A stretch of DNA of 64,000 nt from an uncultured bacterium. Its GTDB lineage: Bacteria > Babelota > Babeliae > Babelales > Vermiphilaceae. Location: assembly GCA_963695335.1 (NCBI GenBank), contig OY968764.1, positions 1,088,001 through 1,152,000 of the forward strand. Direction: 5' to 3'. The notes beneath the pieces are model-generated. The model had not been told where the DNA came from. It searched no databases and saw nothing but the letters and a program-made list of their open reading frames with translations. How positions within the stretch are numbered: the stretch's first letter is position 1; each line of letters opens with the position of its first letter. A program made the position numbers and the translations under genes. Of the stretch, positions 41,147 through 51,692 are shown in pieces.

Positions 41147-42058
41147 ATGAAATATGCAAAAAAAATAGTTTGTTGTATCGCAATACTCAACAGCATTGCA
41201 TTGCCCTATACAACTGATAAAACCAATAAAAATTACATACAACGCCGAAATCAAAAAACAAAAGAACGGCGAGATGGTACACCGCAAGAGCGCGCACAAC
41301 GAGCTGATAAACCATGGTTGCGCGAAAATCCTCCCGCAAGGCGCCGTGTCACGTGCACACTCGCAGAAGTAGCAAGCGATGCCATATGGGTTAATTTAGG
41401 TCTTTTTTCATGGGATTCACTCAAAATATTTGCAACCACAGCACCTTTTTTTGTTGGCGCTCGTATGATTGATGAAAAATTGCATCACTGTTTTTTTGAT
41501 CAAAGACATAAGAAAAATAGATATGAACCTGCTCAATGGGTTAAAGAAACTGCACGTTTAAGTATCGGAATACCAATTACATTATTGGGATTACAAGCTG
41601 TTTTCAGCCACAATGATGATATGCAAAGAACCAGTCAAGTTTTTTTGACTGGTATGCCGTTTGTATTACTCGCAAAAGATATTATCAAAAAACTTGATTT
41701 TGATGTCTGCAAAAGACCGTTTCATGAAAAGTTTGCAAAACATCAACGTAAATTTGGTGGATTTCCTTCAGGACATTTAGCTGAAGCAACATATACCGCC
41801 GTACTCTATGGCATGCGCTTTGGTCCAAATTTTGCATTGCCTTTGGGTGGCGTTGCGGTATTTGTTAGTATAATATTCTTATCAAGTAACCGTCATTATC
41901 TCTCTCAAATGATCGCTGGTGCTGGTTTTGGTGCAATGTATGCATTTTCTGCCAACCGCCTCATTGATTCAAGATTAGCACACAAAAGAGACTTTCAACT
42001 TGGTCTAACAAGAGATGATTATGGCCAACCTGCAATGCAACTGTCTATGAAATTTTAA
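41147..42058 (+). CDS. PAP2 superfamily phosphatase
   Basis: K..KRP, GFPSGH and S.RHYLSQ motifs. Confidence 0.82.
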   Translation: MKYAKKIVCCIAILNSIALPYTTDKTNKNYIQRRNQKTKERRDGTPQERAQRADKPWLRENPPARRRVTCTLAEVASDAIWVNLGLFSWDSLKIFATTAPFFVGARMIDEKLHHCFFDQRHKKNRYEPAQWVKETARLSIGIPITLLGLQAVFSHNDDMQRTSQVFLTGMPFVLLAKDIIKKLDFDVCKRPFHEKFAKHQRKFGGFPSGHLAEATYTAVLYGMRFGPNFALPLGGVAVFVSIIFLSSNRHYLSQMIAGAGFGAMYAFSANRLIDSRLAHKRDFQLGLTRDDYGQPAMQLSMKF

Positions 42059-43094
42059 TATTTTTAATTTGTTCGTATTGATTGATAGCTTCCTGTAACA
42101 TACTAACCGCAACTTTTAATTGATTAGCATGCGTGGATATATCAAGAGCTCCTTGATTATATTCCTGCAATAATTTTTCAAAAGGTTCCACTGATACTAC
42201 TGTATTTTTTATAACTTCCTGCGGGATACGCTTTAAAAAACTAAGCCCAGAAGAAAGCAACGCTATCTGCTTCATCTGGTAGTAATGCATCAACTCTTGC
42301 TGCGTGGGTAGCCTATTAAAATAAGCATTCAAAAATAGTTTCTCATGATGAAAATTAGTTACAAAAAATAAGCCCACAGTACCCAAATCATAAAAAGGAT
42401 CATCTTGAGCTGCATCTTCAAAATCAATAATATATAACCGATTTCCCGAAAAAATAATATTACCTGGATTCAAATCACGATGTGTTGGGGCAATAATATC
42501 TGAACGATTTTTAATAATAGAATCGATAATATTTTGTAAGACTTCATAACTAATAGACTGTGGAATTTTACCTTCTTTATGTACATAATCTAATTTTTCT
42601 TCAACTTCCTTAACCTTATCTCTCACTAATGGAAAATCTGGACCTGTATGTATTTTACGTAAAGATTTTCCTAATGCTCTGTACGTATCATCATTCATTC
42701 TATCAGCTTGCGTAAGAGGAGTTGGTTTAATGTATTCCATTATAATCCATCCCTCGTCAATATCCGACGCATACAAATGAGGACCCCAACTATTTTGGGA
42801 TGCAATAGTTTGAACAGCAACTTCTCTTACCTTACTCGCTTCTGACCGATGCCTCATAAATCTCACAACATAATGCTGATCATTACTATCTATTTTATAC
42901 AACTCTGACTCTGACATTCCTCCTTTCAGAGGAACTATTTTTAAATCCTTTGTGCCAGCTAATGCATATAAATTTGATAAAACATTAGTTTGCAAAAATA
43001 TTGATGGAATAGACGGCTTTTTTACCTGCAACGTACATAAAATAAAAGCTGCCAATAAGAATATACATCCTAATACTTTGATCTCTTTTTTCAT
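42045..43094 (-). CDS. Choline kinase/APH-family phosphotransferase with N-terminal signal or anchor
   Basis: LKGGMS, HRDLNPGNI, IIDFE, DPFYDL. Confidence 0.88.
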   Translation of the reverse strand: MKKEIKVLGCIFLLAAFILCTLQVKKPSIPSIFLQTNVLSNLYALAGTKDLKIVPLKGGMSESELYKIDSNDQHYVVRFMRHRSEASKVREVAVQTIASQNSWGPHLYASDIDEGWIIMEYIKPTPLTQADRMNDDTYRALGKSLRKIHTGPDFPLVRDKVKEVEEKLDYVHKEGKIPQSISYEVLQNIIDSIIKNRSDIIAPTHRDLNPGNIIFSGNRLYIIDFEDAAQDDPFYDLGTVGLFFVTNFHHEKLFLNAYFNRLPTQQELMHYYQMKQIALLSSGLSFLKRIPQEVIKNTVVSVEPFEKLLQEYNQGALDISTHANQLKVAVSMLQEAINQYEQIKNIKIS

Positions 43095-43183
43095 TATTTT
43101 TCTCTTGCTTTATAAAAAATTTTATTTGATCTTAACAAAAATTACACAATCTTAATAATAGACTATACAAACATAGGAATATC

Positions 43184-44020
43184 GTGAAAAAAATAACTAT
43201 ATTACTTACTATATTCTCATTAACTTCAACAAATAGTTTCGGTACAAAACCTCAAACTGAGTTTCGTGACTATGAAAATAATGCATCTGAAACTGTTAAA
43301 AATTTTTATCTCCTTAATCACACTCATCAAACATTAGATTTTGTGTTAGCACAAAAACAAAAATACGCAGCATTGAATAAACTGCGTATGGGAATTTGGG
43401 ATGCAATAGAAGCGCTTGATAACATTATTGATGAGAGTGATCCAGATTTATCATTACCACAAAGTGTTCATGCATTCCAGACAGCTGAAAAACTGCGCAA
43501 AGATGGCCACCCAGGCTGGCTTATTCTCACAGGCTTAATACACGATCTTGGAAAAGTTTTATTGCTATTCAATGAGCCGCAATGGGCTGTTGTTGGTGAT
43601 ACATTTCCCGTTGGCTGCGCATACTCAGATACAATAATCTTTACACCCTATTTTTATCATAATTCTGATATCAACAACCCTGCACTGCAAACACAATACG
43701 GCATATATACCCCACATTGCGGACTTGAAAATATACATATGTCGTGGGGACACGATGAATATTTGTACTCTGTTGTCAAAGATTATCTGCCTGAACAGGC
43801 TTTATATATTATTAGATTCCATTCATTTTATGCTGCACACAAAGAAGGTGCATATGACTATTTGATGAATGATTATGATAGATCGATGATGCCATGGTTA
43901 CAACTGTTTAGCACATATGATCTTTATTCAAAAAGCTTTGAGTCAGTAAATATAGAAGACGTTATGCCGTATTATAAAGAGTTGGTCGCTGAATATTTCC
44001 CGGAAACGCTTAATTGGTAA
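43184..44020 (+). CDS. Myo-inositol oxygenase (MIOX) with signal peptide
   Basis: DESDPD, HAFQTAE, IHDLGK, PQWAVVGDTFPVGC, SWGHDEY, IRFHSFY, YDLYSK. Confidence 0.93.
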   Translation: MKKITILLTIFSLTSTNSFGTKPQTEFRDYENNASETVKNFYLLNHTHQTLDFVLAQKQKYAALNKLRMGIWDAIEALDNIIDESDPDLSLPQSVHAFQTAEKLRKDGHPGWLILTGLIHDLGKVLLLFNEPQWAVVGDTFPVGCAYSDTIIFTPYFYHNSDINNPALQTQYGIYTPHCGLENIHMSWGHDEYLYSVVKDYLPEQALYIIRFHSFYAAHKEGAYDYLMNDYDRSMMPWLQLFSTYDLYSKSFESVNIEDVMPYYKELVAEYFPETLNW

Positions 44021-44023
44021 CTT

Positions 44024-44143
44024 GCACCCTTCGATACATTTTTCTTCGCTTACGCTATGAAAAACACTCAGGGCGAGCGGAGTGAGAGATCTTTCTTTCC
44101 GCTCGCCCTGAGTGTTTTGTCTTCAAAACGTATCGAAGGGTGC
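44024..44143. repeat. Family D pair between convergent genes
   Basis: GCACCCTTCGATAC..ACTCAGGGCGAGCGG / CCGCTCGCCCTGAGTG..GTATCGAAGGGTGC. Confidence 0.9.
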
Positions 44144-44162
44144 GAAAATAATTAGCTGGTAG

Positions 44163-44789
44163 TTATAGCTTCCCCAGCAAATCAGCAAAATATTGTGCCT
44201 CTTGAGCACTATCTTCAGCTTCGGTGATAGTCAACCCAACAACAATGCCGTCCGGTCCCAGCGAGACAATTTTATCCACATTTTCACGATTGATTTTTGC
44301 AGAAACAAAAATAGGCAAATTACTATTGCCTTTTATCATATCCCACTTATCAAGAAAGACGAGTGATTCAGCTTCACTATACGGCTGGTGAAATAATAAT
44401 GCATCTGCACCAAGATTTTTTGCTTCCAGCGCCGATTGCCCTACTGAATCAGAACCAATAAGATCAAGCATTACTTTAATATTTGCATTGTGCGCAGCGG
44501 TGGTTGTTGCATGAATAACATTACTCGATGTTCCTGCCATTACCGTAACCCAATCTGCTCCTGCATCAGCAAACAGATCTACAACTTCTTTGCCACGATC
44601 AACAATTTTTGTGTCCGCTAAAATAACTTTATCAGGAAATGCTTCTTTGAACTGTTTGACAGCATTGGTGCCGTGATGATAAATAAGAATTGTCCCCACT
44701 TCAATAATATCGGCATATTGAGCAACTTTTGAACCAATAGCAATCGCCTTATCTAAATCAATAAGATCAAATGAGATTTGTAACTTCAT
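44163..44789 (-). CDS. 3-hexulose-6-phosphate synthase / 3-keto-L-gulonate-6-P decarboxylase family protein
   Basis: MKLQISFD, DIIEVGT, VILADTKIVD, AGADWVTV. Confidence 0.88.
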   Translation of the reverse strand: MKLQISFDLIDLDKAIAIGSKVAQYADIIEVGTILIYHHGTNAVKQFKEAFPDKVILADTKIVDRGKEVVDLFADAGADWVTVMAGTSSNVIHATTTAAHNANIKVMLDLIGSDSVGQSALEAKNLGADALLFHQPYSEAESLVFLDKWDMIKGNSNLPIFVSAKINRENVDKIVSLGPDGIVVGLTITEAEDSAQEAQYFADLLGKL

Positions 44790-44867
44790 ATCACGTTCCT
44801 CAAAGAATGTGGAATAATGCCCATCTAGTATAGCAGGATTTATAATTAAAAAAAATGACGCTCCTTT

Positions 44868-45550
44868 TTAATCAATAATATGAGTAAGCATTTTGAGAGG
44901 TTCACGCTTTTCTTCCGTTTCAACAGGCTTGAAAAGATGTCTTACTGTTAACATATGAGAACTGTTTTTTACAATGTTAATCCCTTTTCTGACAAGTATA
45001 TCCGGCAATACAAGATTTGCCGTTTCATTAGTCACTGTTTCACCCATGTTTACGACAACGTTTTTTGGATCAGCTGTAATCACAAGAGCAGAAAGAGGAA
45101 TTATATTATCTTCTGGTAACGCTACTTCTTGTGTATCCCAATAATAACCCCCTGTTTTACCATTCTGCTTAAGTTCGCATGAATACATCTGCGCAGGCTC
45201 TCCTGGAATCAGTTGCCAGTGCAAAATAGTATTTTCAAATAACGCGATAGGAGTCATTTCTGGTGTTACCAAAATCGTAATTGCTGTTTTTTGATGTTTT
45301 CTTGGAAGCACAACTTCGCCATTATAATTTGATGCTGTCACAAATCCAGCATACGTAACCAAAATTCCTGCAATAGGAGCATGTTGCACAATGCCATGAA
45401 CAGTATGTTTGGCTAATTTACCAGGTTTTTTGATCTTTTGAGTAACTTGTTTTATATCAGGAATAGGTTTAAAAAAAAGGTAATTGTAGGATCAGCTACA
45501 ATCTTCACAAAACAGAATAGTGTGACAAGAACATAATAACTTTTTTTCAT
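44868..45550 (-). CDS. Hypothetical secreted protein, one frameshift at the A8 run 45471-45478
   Basis: MKKSYYVLVTLFCFVKIVADPTITFF joins KPIPDIKQV..QHAPIAGIL if one base is added. Confidence 0.65.
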
Positions 45551-45641
45551 ATACCGCCCCACAGGTAATACAAATTGTATTTTGCTCATAATCATGATAC
45601 CATAGATCAAAATATAAAAGCTATATTTTACAGGAATAAAA

Positions 45642-46289
45642 ATGAACAAACAGCATCCAGAGAACAATTCTTCATCCACTCAATTAGACATATTAGCCAA
45701 AGAATATGGCTTAACACAATCCCAAACTGATATGTTCGGCAGGTACTTGGAACTTTTGATTGAATGGAACAATAAATTTAACCTGACAGCAATAACTGAC
45801 CCTCAAGGTATTATACAGTACCATTTTAACGATTCTCTCGCGCTATCGCGATACGTCGATTTGACAAAAGTGCATTCAACTGCTGATATTGGTACGGGAG
45901 CTGGGTTCCCTGGAATTCCTTTAAAAATTTTATATCCTCATCTGCATACAGTGCTTATTGAAGTGAACAACAAAAAAAGAAGTTTTTTAGAGTATATTAT
46001 CAAAGAATTTTCACTCGATAATGTTACTGTTTATCCGCATGACTGGCGAACGTTTTTACGCAGTACCCATCATTCAATAGATTATTTCTTTGCCCGAGCA
46101 TCACTACAACCGGAAGAGCTTGTACGTATATTCAAGCCAACATCCCCATATAAAAACAGTACACTGGTGTACTGGGCGTCGCAACAATGGGCTCCTGAAA
46201 AAATAGAAGCGCCTTTTATAGAAAAAGAGGTATCCTATACAATAGATAACAAACAGAGGAAGTTTGTTTTTTTTAAAAACCTACCCTAA
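45642..46289 (+). CDS. rsmG: 16S rRNA m7G527 methyltransferase RsmG
   Basis: WNNKFNLTAI, HFNDSL, DIGTGAGFPGIPL, KKRSFL. Confidence 0.94.
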   Translation: MNKQHPENNSSSTQLDILAKEYGLTQSQTDMFGRYLELLIEWNNKFNLTAITDPQGIIQYHFNDSLALSRYVDLTKVHSTADIGTGAGFPGIPLKILYPHLHTVLIEVNNKKRSFLEYIIKEFSLDNVTVYPHDWRTFLRSTHHSIDYFFARASLQPEELVRIFKPTSPYKNSTLVYWASQQWAPEKIEAPFIEKEVSYTIDNKQRKFVFFKNLP

Positions 46290-46311
46290 AGTTGTACAAG
46301 CATAATCTTAA

Positions 46312-46385
46312 CGCGCTCATCCTGAACTTGTTGAAGGATTAAGGCGCGCTCAAAGATATCCTTCGACAGGCTCAGGACGAGCGCG
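46312..46385. repeat. Family A inverted pair
   Basis: CGCGCTCATCCTGAACTTGTTGAAGGA...TCCTTCGACAGGCTCAGGACGAGCGCG. Confidence 0.9.
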
Positions 46386-46424
46386 GGGAATAAAATCAAT
46401 TTAGAGTTAGTAAGGAATAGCATC

Positions 46425-47825
46425 ATGAGAAAAAACTCTCTCTCACGTCATCTCCACGATATCTGGCACAGCGAAAAAGGTGAAAAATATGGCGTACTAC
46501 TGCGCTATTTCTTACCCGAATTTATCACTAACTTCCTCTTATACGCAATGCCATTCTGGCTTGATGCAGCATTTATTGGATCTCTCGCATCAGTGCATAC
46601 GTATGCAACACTTGGCGTTACTAACAGCTTTCTCCATTTAATTATTAAAGTTGGTGAAGCCCTTTCTGTTGGAACCATTGTCATCAGTGGCCAATTTAAT
46701 GGGCAAAGCTCTTTTGAAAATGTTGGCCGCACTATTCGCGATGCTTTTTGGCTTACTACTATTGTAGGAATACTCTTTGGTAGCTTTCTTTTTTTTGGTG
46801 CACATACTATTTATACATGGTACGGTGTTTCAGAAGAAATCATAGCACTCGGCGTTCCATTTTTACGATTACGCGCCGTAGGTGTTCTTTGCATGTTTAT
46901 TTATCTTGCATTAGTGGGATTCTTACGAGGCATTAAAAATGCCCGCACGCCCATGAAAATTTTTATTTTTGGATCAATACTTTTTGTTTTCTTTGATTAC
47001 GTACTTATTTTTGGAAAATGGGGATTTCCTGAAATGGGGTTACAAGGTTCAGCCCTTGCAACCATTATTCAATACGGCAGCATGATGGTCATCGCGCTTG
47101 GGTATGTACTATTCAATGAAAAAAACCGCAAATATGGTATCAAACTTTTCTCTGCACTCACTGATGTCTCATACGTTAAACATCTTATCTCTGTATCATG
47201 GCCAGTCATGCTTGATAAAGCAGTGATGGCATGGGCATATGTATGGCTTGGCAAAATGGTTGCAACAATGGGAACCAACGGTATTGCGGCTGCATGTGTG
47301 GTAAAAGATATGGAACGTTTTGCATTCTTGCCTGCGCTTGCATTTGCGCAAGTTATTACATTTTTGGTGAGCAACGATGTTGGAATAAAAAACTGGGATG
47401 GCGTTAAAGTTAATATCAAAAAAATAATGGTTTTAGCATCTGGGATGGTATCAATTGTCCTTGGATTTTTTATTTATAAACGGGAATACATCATCAACAT
47501 TTTTGATAAAAAAGGTGATTTTACCGATCTAGCAATGCAAGCGTTCCCGCTCCTGAGTATATTTATTATTTTTGATTTGATACAATTAATCCTATCAGGG
47601 GCGCTGCGTGGCGCTGGTAATGTTCGCATTGTAATGATAGTACGATTTATTACCTGTTTTTGTTATTTTGTTCCCATATCTTATCTGTTATCAACAGTAA
47701 CATTCAACAATGAAGTAATAAAACTTGTTCTACTTTATGGGTCATTCTATCTTGGCAACGCATTAATGAGCATATGGTATATTAGACGATTCCGCAGTGA
47801 ACATTGGAAAACACCAACGGTTTAA
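46425..47825 (+). CDS. MATE family efflux transporter
   Basis: About 12 TM segments; GFLRGIKNARTPM, LIFGKWGFPEMGLQGSALAT, GALRGAG. Confidence 0.9.
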   Translation: MRKNSLSRHLHDIWHSEKGEKYGVLLRYFLPEFITNFLLYAMPFWLDAAFIGSLASVHTYATLGVTNSFLHLIIKVGEALSVGTIVISGQFNGQSSFENVGRTIRDAFWLTTIVGILFGSFLFFGAHTIYTWYGVSEEIIALGVPFLRLRAVGVLCMFIYLALVGFLRGIKNARTPMKIFIFGSILFVFFDYVLIFGKWGFPEMGLQGSALATIIQYGSMMVIALGYVLFNEKNRKYGIKLFSALTDVSYVKHLISVSWPVMLDKAVMAWAYVWLGKMVATMGTNGIAAACVVKDMERFAFLPALAFAQVITFLVSNDVGIKNWDGVKVNIKKIMVLASGMVSIVLGFFIYKREYIINIFDKKGDFTDLAMQAFPLLSIFIIFDLIQLILSGALRGAGNVRIVMIVRFITCFCYFVPISYLLSTVTFNNEVIKLVLLYGSFYLGNALMSIWYIRRFRSEHWKTPTV

Positions 47826-47840
47826 ACCAAAGGAAAATAC

Positions 47841-48134
47841 ATGACACAACAACAACTTATTACGCACGAAGAAATTGAAAAAATTGCACGTCTCTCACAC
47901 ATAGAACTTCAACAAACAGAAATCAAAGCCACAATACAACACGTCAGCGCAGTATTGAGTTATGCTGCACGCGTACAAGAAATAGCAAAAGATGTTACGA
48001 TTCCATCTTTAAAAAACAGCAATGTTGAACGTGAAGATGTTGTTATTCCTTGCAATGCACAAGCTATTTTGGCGCAAGCACCAGAACGTGAAGGCGACTT
48101 CTTTGTTGTTCCAGTAATTATCGAAAGCCAATAA
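47841..48134 (+). CDS. gatC: Asp/Glu-tRNA amidotransferase subunit C
   Basis: IEKIARLS, REDVV, APEREGDFFVVP. Confidence 0.9.
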   Translation: MTQQQLITHEEIEKIARLSHIELQQTEIKATIQHVSAVLSYAARVQEIAKDVTIPSLKNSNVEREDVVIPCNAQAILAQAPEREGDFFVVPVIIESQ

Positions 48135-48154
48135 TGAACATTTATCCATCTCCT

Positions 48155-48195
48155 GCGCTCGTCCTGAGCTTGTCGAAGGATATCTTTGAGCGCTC
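48155..48195 (+). repeat. Family A single arm between gatC and gatA
   Basis: GCGCTCGTCCTGAGCTTGTCGAAGGATATCTTTGAGCGCTC. Confidence 0.88.
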
Positions 48196-48225
48196 TTATG
48201 AAATAAAAAACACCATAGGAAAAAA

Positions 48226-49674
48226 ATGAGCATTCATCCATTTATCACAATCCAAGAATTAGAACAAAAATTAGCAAACAAAGAAATCACTCGAGAAGAA
48301 ATTCTCGAATTTTATCTCAGACGTTTTGAAGCATTTGATGGGCAAATTGGTTCAGCATTAGAAATCTTTGATAAAGAATCAATTTTACAAAATAGCAATG
48401 CTCAAGGCGGCGAACTGTTCGGCATCCCTGGTCTTATTAAAGATAATATTTGCCAAAAAGATCGCATAACATCCTGTGCATCAAAAATATTAGAAAATTT
48501 TATTGCAACGTATGATGCAACTGCCACTCAACGCCTGAAAAAAGCTGGTGCATTACTCATTGGGCGCGCAAACATGGACGAGTTTGCAATGGGTAGTTCC
48601 ACTGAAACATCTGCGTTTCAAAAAACTCATAATCCATGGGATCTTACACGTGTACCAGGCGGTTCAAGTGGTGGATCTATTGCAGCAGTAGCTGCAGGTC
48701 TTGTACCATGGGCGCTGGGTTCTGAAACAGGTGGATCTGTGCGCCAACCAGCAGCATTATGCGGAATTGTGGGACTTAAGCCAACGTATGGTTTAATTTC
48801 CCGTTATGGCTTAGTTGCCTATGCATCATCACTTGACCAAATAGGTATCGCAACACGAACCGTGTATGATAATGCGCGCGTACTTTCCGTGATTGCAGGT
48901 AAAGATAAAAACGATGCATCAATGCAACAAGTAGATACAAAAGATTATACACAAAAGCTTGATGGTAAACTGCCACACAATCTTAAAATTGGTGTTGTAA
49001 AAAATGCCCTCTATGCAGAAGGCATGGATGCAGAAATTATAGAAAAAATTCAACAAGCAGTTAAAGTTTTTGAATCACAAGGTGCATCAATCACAGAGAT
49101 GCAACTCCCAACGCTTGATTACGCAGCAGCAACATACTTTATTTTAAGCCGTGCAGAAGCTGCATCAAACTTGGCACGCTTTGATGGTGTGCGTTACGGA
49201 CTCCGTAATAAAAAAGCACAAAGCTTATCAAAAATGTATTTCACAAGTCGTCACGATGGTTTTGGGCAGGAAGTACGATCACGTATTCTCGTTGGTAATT
49301 ATGTACTTTCAGCAGGTCATGCTGGGCAGTTCTATAATAACGCACAAAAAGTACAAAGACTTATCAGCCATGAATTTAAACAAGCATTTGCAGATGTTGA
49401 TATCCTGGTTATGCCGGTGCACCCTGCTCCCGCATTCAAATTAGGGGCTTTTGAAAACGATAAGTTGCAAATGGATCTGCAAGACTACTTTACTTGCGCA
49501 ATGAACATAGCAGGAATCCCTGCGCTTGCATTGCCATGTGGTATGAGCAAAGATAACTTGCCTATTGGGTTCCAGATTGTTGGTCCTCATTTATCTGAAG
49601 AACTACTATTCCAAGTTGGCCATGCATTCCAGCAAGCTACTGATTGGCATACAAAAACGCCTGCGGGATATTAA
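48226..49674 (+). CDS. gatA: Asp/Glu-tRNA amidotransferase subunit A
   Basis: [47 protein letters not shown]. Confidence 0.97.
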   Translation: MSIHPFITIQELEQKLANKEITREEILEFYLRRFEAFDGQIGSALEIFDKESILQNSNAQGGELFGIPGLIKDNICQKDRITSCASKILENFIATYDATATQRLKKAGALLIGRANMDEFAMGSSTETSAFQKTHNPWDLTRVPGGSSGGSIAAVAAGLVPWALGSETGGSVRQPAALCGIVGLKPTYGLISRYGLVAYASSLDQIGIATRTVYDNARVLSVIAGKDKNDASMQQVDTKDYTQKLDGKLPHNLKIGVVKNALYAEGMDAEIIEKIQQAVKVFESQGASITEMQLPTLDYAAATYFILSRAEAASNLARFDGVRYGLRNKKAQSLSKMYFTSRHDGFGQEVRSRILVGNYVLSAGHAGQFYNNAQKVQRLISHEFKQAFADVDILVMPVHPAPAFKLGAFENDKLQMDLQDYFTCAMNIAGIPALALPCGMSKDNLPIGFQIVGPHLSEELLFQVGHAFQQATDWHTKTPAGY

Positions 49675-49690
49675 AAAAAAAGCACACAAT

Positions 49691-49727
49691 AAAAAAAGAG
49701 CCCTGGGTAAAACCAGAGCTCTTTTTT
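49691..49727. terminator. Bidirectional terminator
   Basis: AAAAAAAGAGC-CCTGGGTAAAACCAGA-GCTCTTTTTT between convergent genes. Confidence 0.8.
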
Positions 49728-49738
49728 ATCATTATTAA

Positions 49739-51601
49739 TTAATAACAAGGTATCGAATTAAGCAGATTATTAATGACAGCTAATTGAGCCGGTGATAACT
49801 GACCAGTTTTTTCTTCTAAAATAGTCTCAGCATATGCAATAAGCTCTAAAACAGCATCTTTCACTTCACACATATACCAATTTGGTACATCTCTATGCAA
49901 TGGACCTTGATCTTGATCACATGAATATATATGCGCTAAAACCTCTGCTACATTACTCAAACCTTTTGAATGACTTTCCAAAGCAAGCAAGCGATTGTTG
50001 ATTATTTCTAAAGCATGCGAAAAGTCTATCTCTTGTTGTTCAAGCGCCGCACGTTGCTTTTGCACTTCATTTAATAAAAGCACTGGCAGTACTTGATATT
50101 GAACAGTACGAGGTTGGCCGTCACTCCCCAGAACTACAATTTGAGGAAATACTTGCGCAACTTCTTCAGCAATGAGCCCATATTGCTGCACTTCCAACGG
50201 ATCATCATTATACACAAAAGTTACTGGATTAAGCTTATAAATAACTTCAGAAACTTCATTCATATCACGTATATCATGCTTAACCGTTCTTGTTGATAAA
50301 ACTGTGCCAAGCTGCCCTGCTCCATCAATAAGAACAGGAACAGAAGCTGCAACGGTAACCCCTTCTATGCCTTGGATAAAACAATTTGTATGAGTGCCAA
50401 GAGTTCCAATACGAATTGCACCACTTTCATCGGTACCATTATTAGCAATATAAATATTATTAGCACTAGAGCTTAACGTTGAGCCGTTTCCTGCACTGCT
50501 ACCAATAGCAATATTAAAACCTCCCTGTACATTAGAAAGTGCTTCATACCCAAGCGCCACGTTATTACCATTTATAGATGAGCTACTAACCATTGAACGA
50601 TAACCAATTGCAACATTTTGATCAGAATCACAATTAAACAAATTATTCACCCCAATACCAACGTTTTGTGATCCGTTATTACCCGCATTGTATCCCATAA
50701 TAACGTTGTCATCGCCTGAAGCAAATGATGATACCCCAAGAACAACATTCTGAGATCCTGTTATATTGTTTGCCATGGAAGTATCGCCAATTGCCACATT
50801 AAGACGTCCTGTTGTGTTAAGAAACATCGATAAATAACCAATGCCTGTATTAAAAGAACCTGTTGTATTGCTTAACAAAACACCAGTACCAACTGCAGTA
50901 TTATGCTGCCCTGTTGTATTACTTAAGAGCGATATAGCACCCATTGCCGTATTTCCTGCACCAGTTGTATCGTTCATTAATGAACTTGCCCCAAATGCTG
51001 TATTTTGTGTACCAGTCATACTAAAATTACCCGCAGCTTGACCAACAAATGTGTTCAAAGAAGCTGCAGGGTACGTATGAATAAATGGCATACCATTTTT
51101 AATAACATTACCAATATCTTCACTGACTGAATCATTAAGAGAAATATTACAACCAACAGTCAGATCACAATTGATATCTGTAGCCCCTACAAATAAGTCG
51201 TTCACAGACAAAGTGCCACTCACTACCTCATCAACAACTGATAAATTATTTATGCAAACAGCGTCTATACAACTTGTTATTATTAAATCAGCTACAGAAA
51301 GCACACCATCAATTTCAACATTCTTTCTAAATTTTACATTCCCATCAAATGATACAAAATCTTCAAACTTCACATGATCTTTAAATTTTACATCTTCTTC
51401 GAACGTCACTTTATCAAAAAATTTCGCCTTATTAAGTACAAATAACTTCTTTCTAATTTTTAGAATTGAATCTTGACCACAATCACGTTCTTCTTGTGCA
51501 AAATCCTCATTTTCAAATCCATCCGCCATTCCATTATCCGCTTGCATTATCTGCACTGATAATCCCAAAAAAACAAACAACAAAAAAACCTTCATTCTCA
51601 T
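49739..51601 (-). CDS. Secreted trimeric fibre/adhesin-like protein with NTAxG repeats and a peptidase S74 intramolecular chaperone domain
   Basis: ~14-aa repeats (NTAFG/NTAMG/NTAVG/NVAIG); STRTVKHDI..LNPVTFVY..YGLIAEEV; coiled coil; signal peptide. Confidence 0.85.
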   Translation of the reverse strand: MRMKVFLLFVFLGLSVQIMQADNGMADGFENEDFAQEERDCGQDSILKIRKKLFVLNKAKFFDKVTFEEDVKFKDHVKFEDFVSFDGNVKFRKNVEIDGVLSVADLIITSCIDAVCINNLSVVDEVVSGTLSVNDLFVGATDINCDLTVGCNISLNDSVSEDIGNVIKNGMPFIHTYPAASLNTFVGQAAGNFSMTGTQNTAFGASSLMNDTTGAGNTAMGAISLLSNTTGQHNTAVGTGVLLSNTTGSFNTGIGYLSMFLNTTGRLNVAIGDTSMANNITGSQNVVLGVSSFASGDDNVIMGYNAGNNGSQNVGIGVNNLFNCDSDQNVAIGYRSMVSSSSINGNNVALGYEALSNVQGGFNIAIGSSAGNGSTLSSSANNIYIANNGTDESGAIRIGTLGTHTNCFIQGIEGVTVAASVPVLIDGAGQLGTVLSTRTVKHDIRDMNEVSEVIYKLNPVTFVYNDDPLEVQQYGLIAEEVAQVFPQIVVLGSDGQPRTVQYQVLPVLLLNEVQKQRAALEQQEIDFSHALEIINNRLLALESHSKGLSNVAEVLAHIYSCDQDQGPLHRDVPNWYMCEVKDAVLELIAYAETILEEKTGQLSPAQLAVINNLLNSIPCY

Positions 51602-51692
51602 AAAAACCCTTTTTTTTAATGATATAAAAAATAGACTGTTTTTACTCATATAGAAAAGGGAATTTATAAGTCAATCAAATTAAAAAATCACA

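Noticed and set aside
45471..45478. Phase variation at the A8 run
   Set aside because: Such runs are common in this AT-rich sequence and indel errors are evident elsewhere; cannot be distinguished without reads.
49739..51649. Prophage suggested by the tail-fibre-like domain
   Set aside because: No integrase, capsid, terminase or other phage genes nearby; the protein has a Sec signal.
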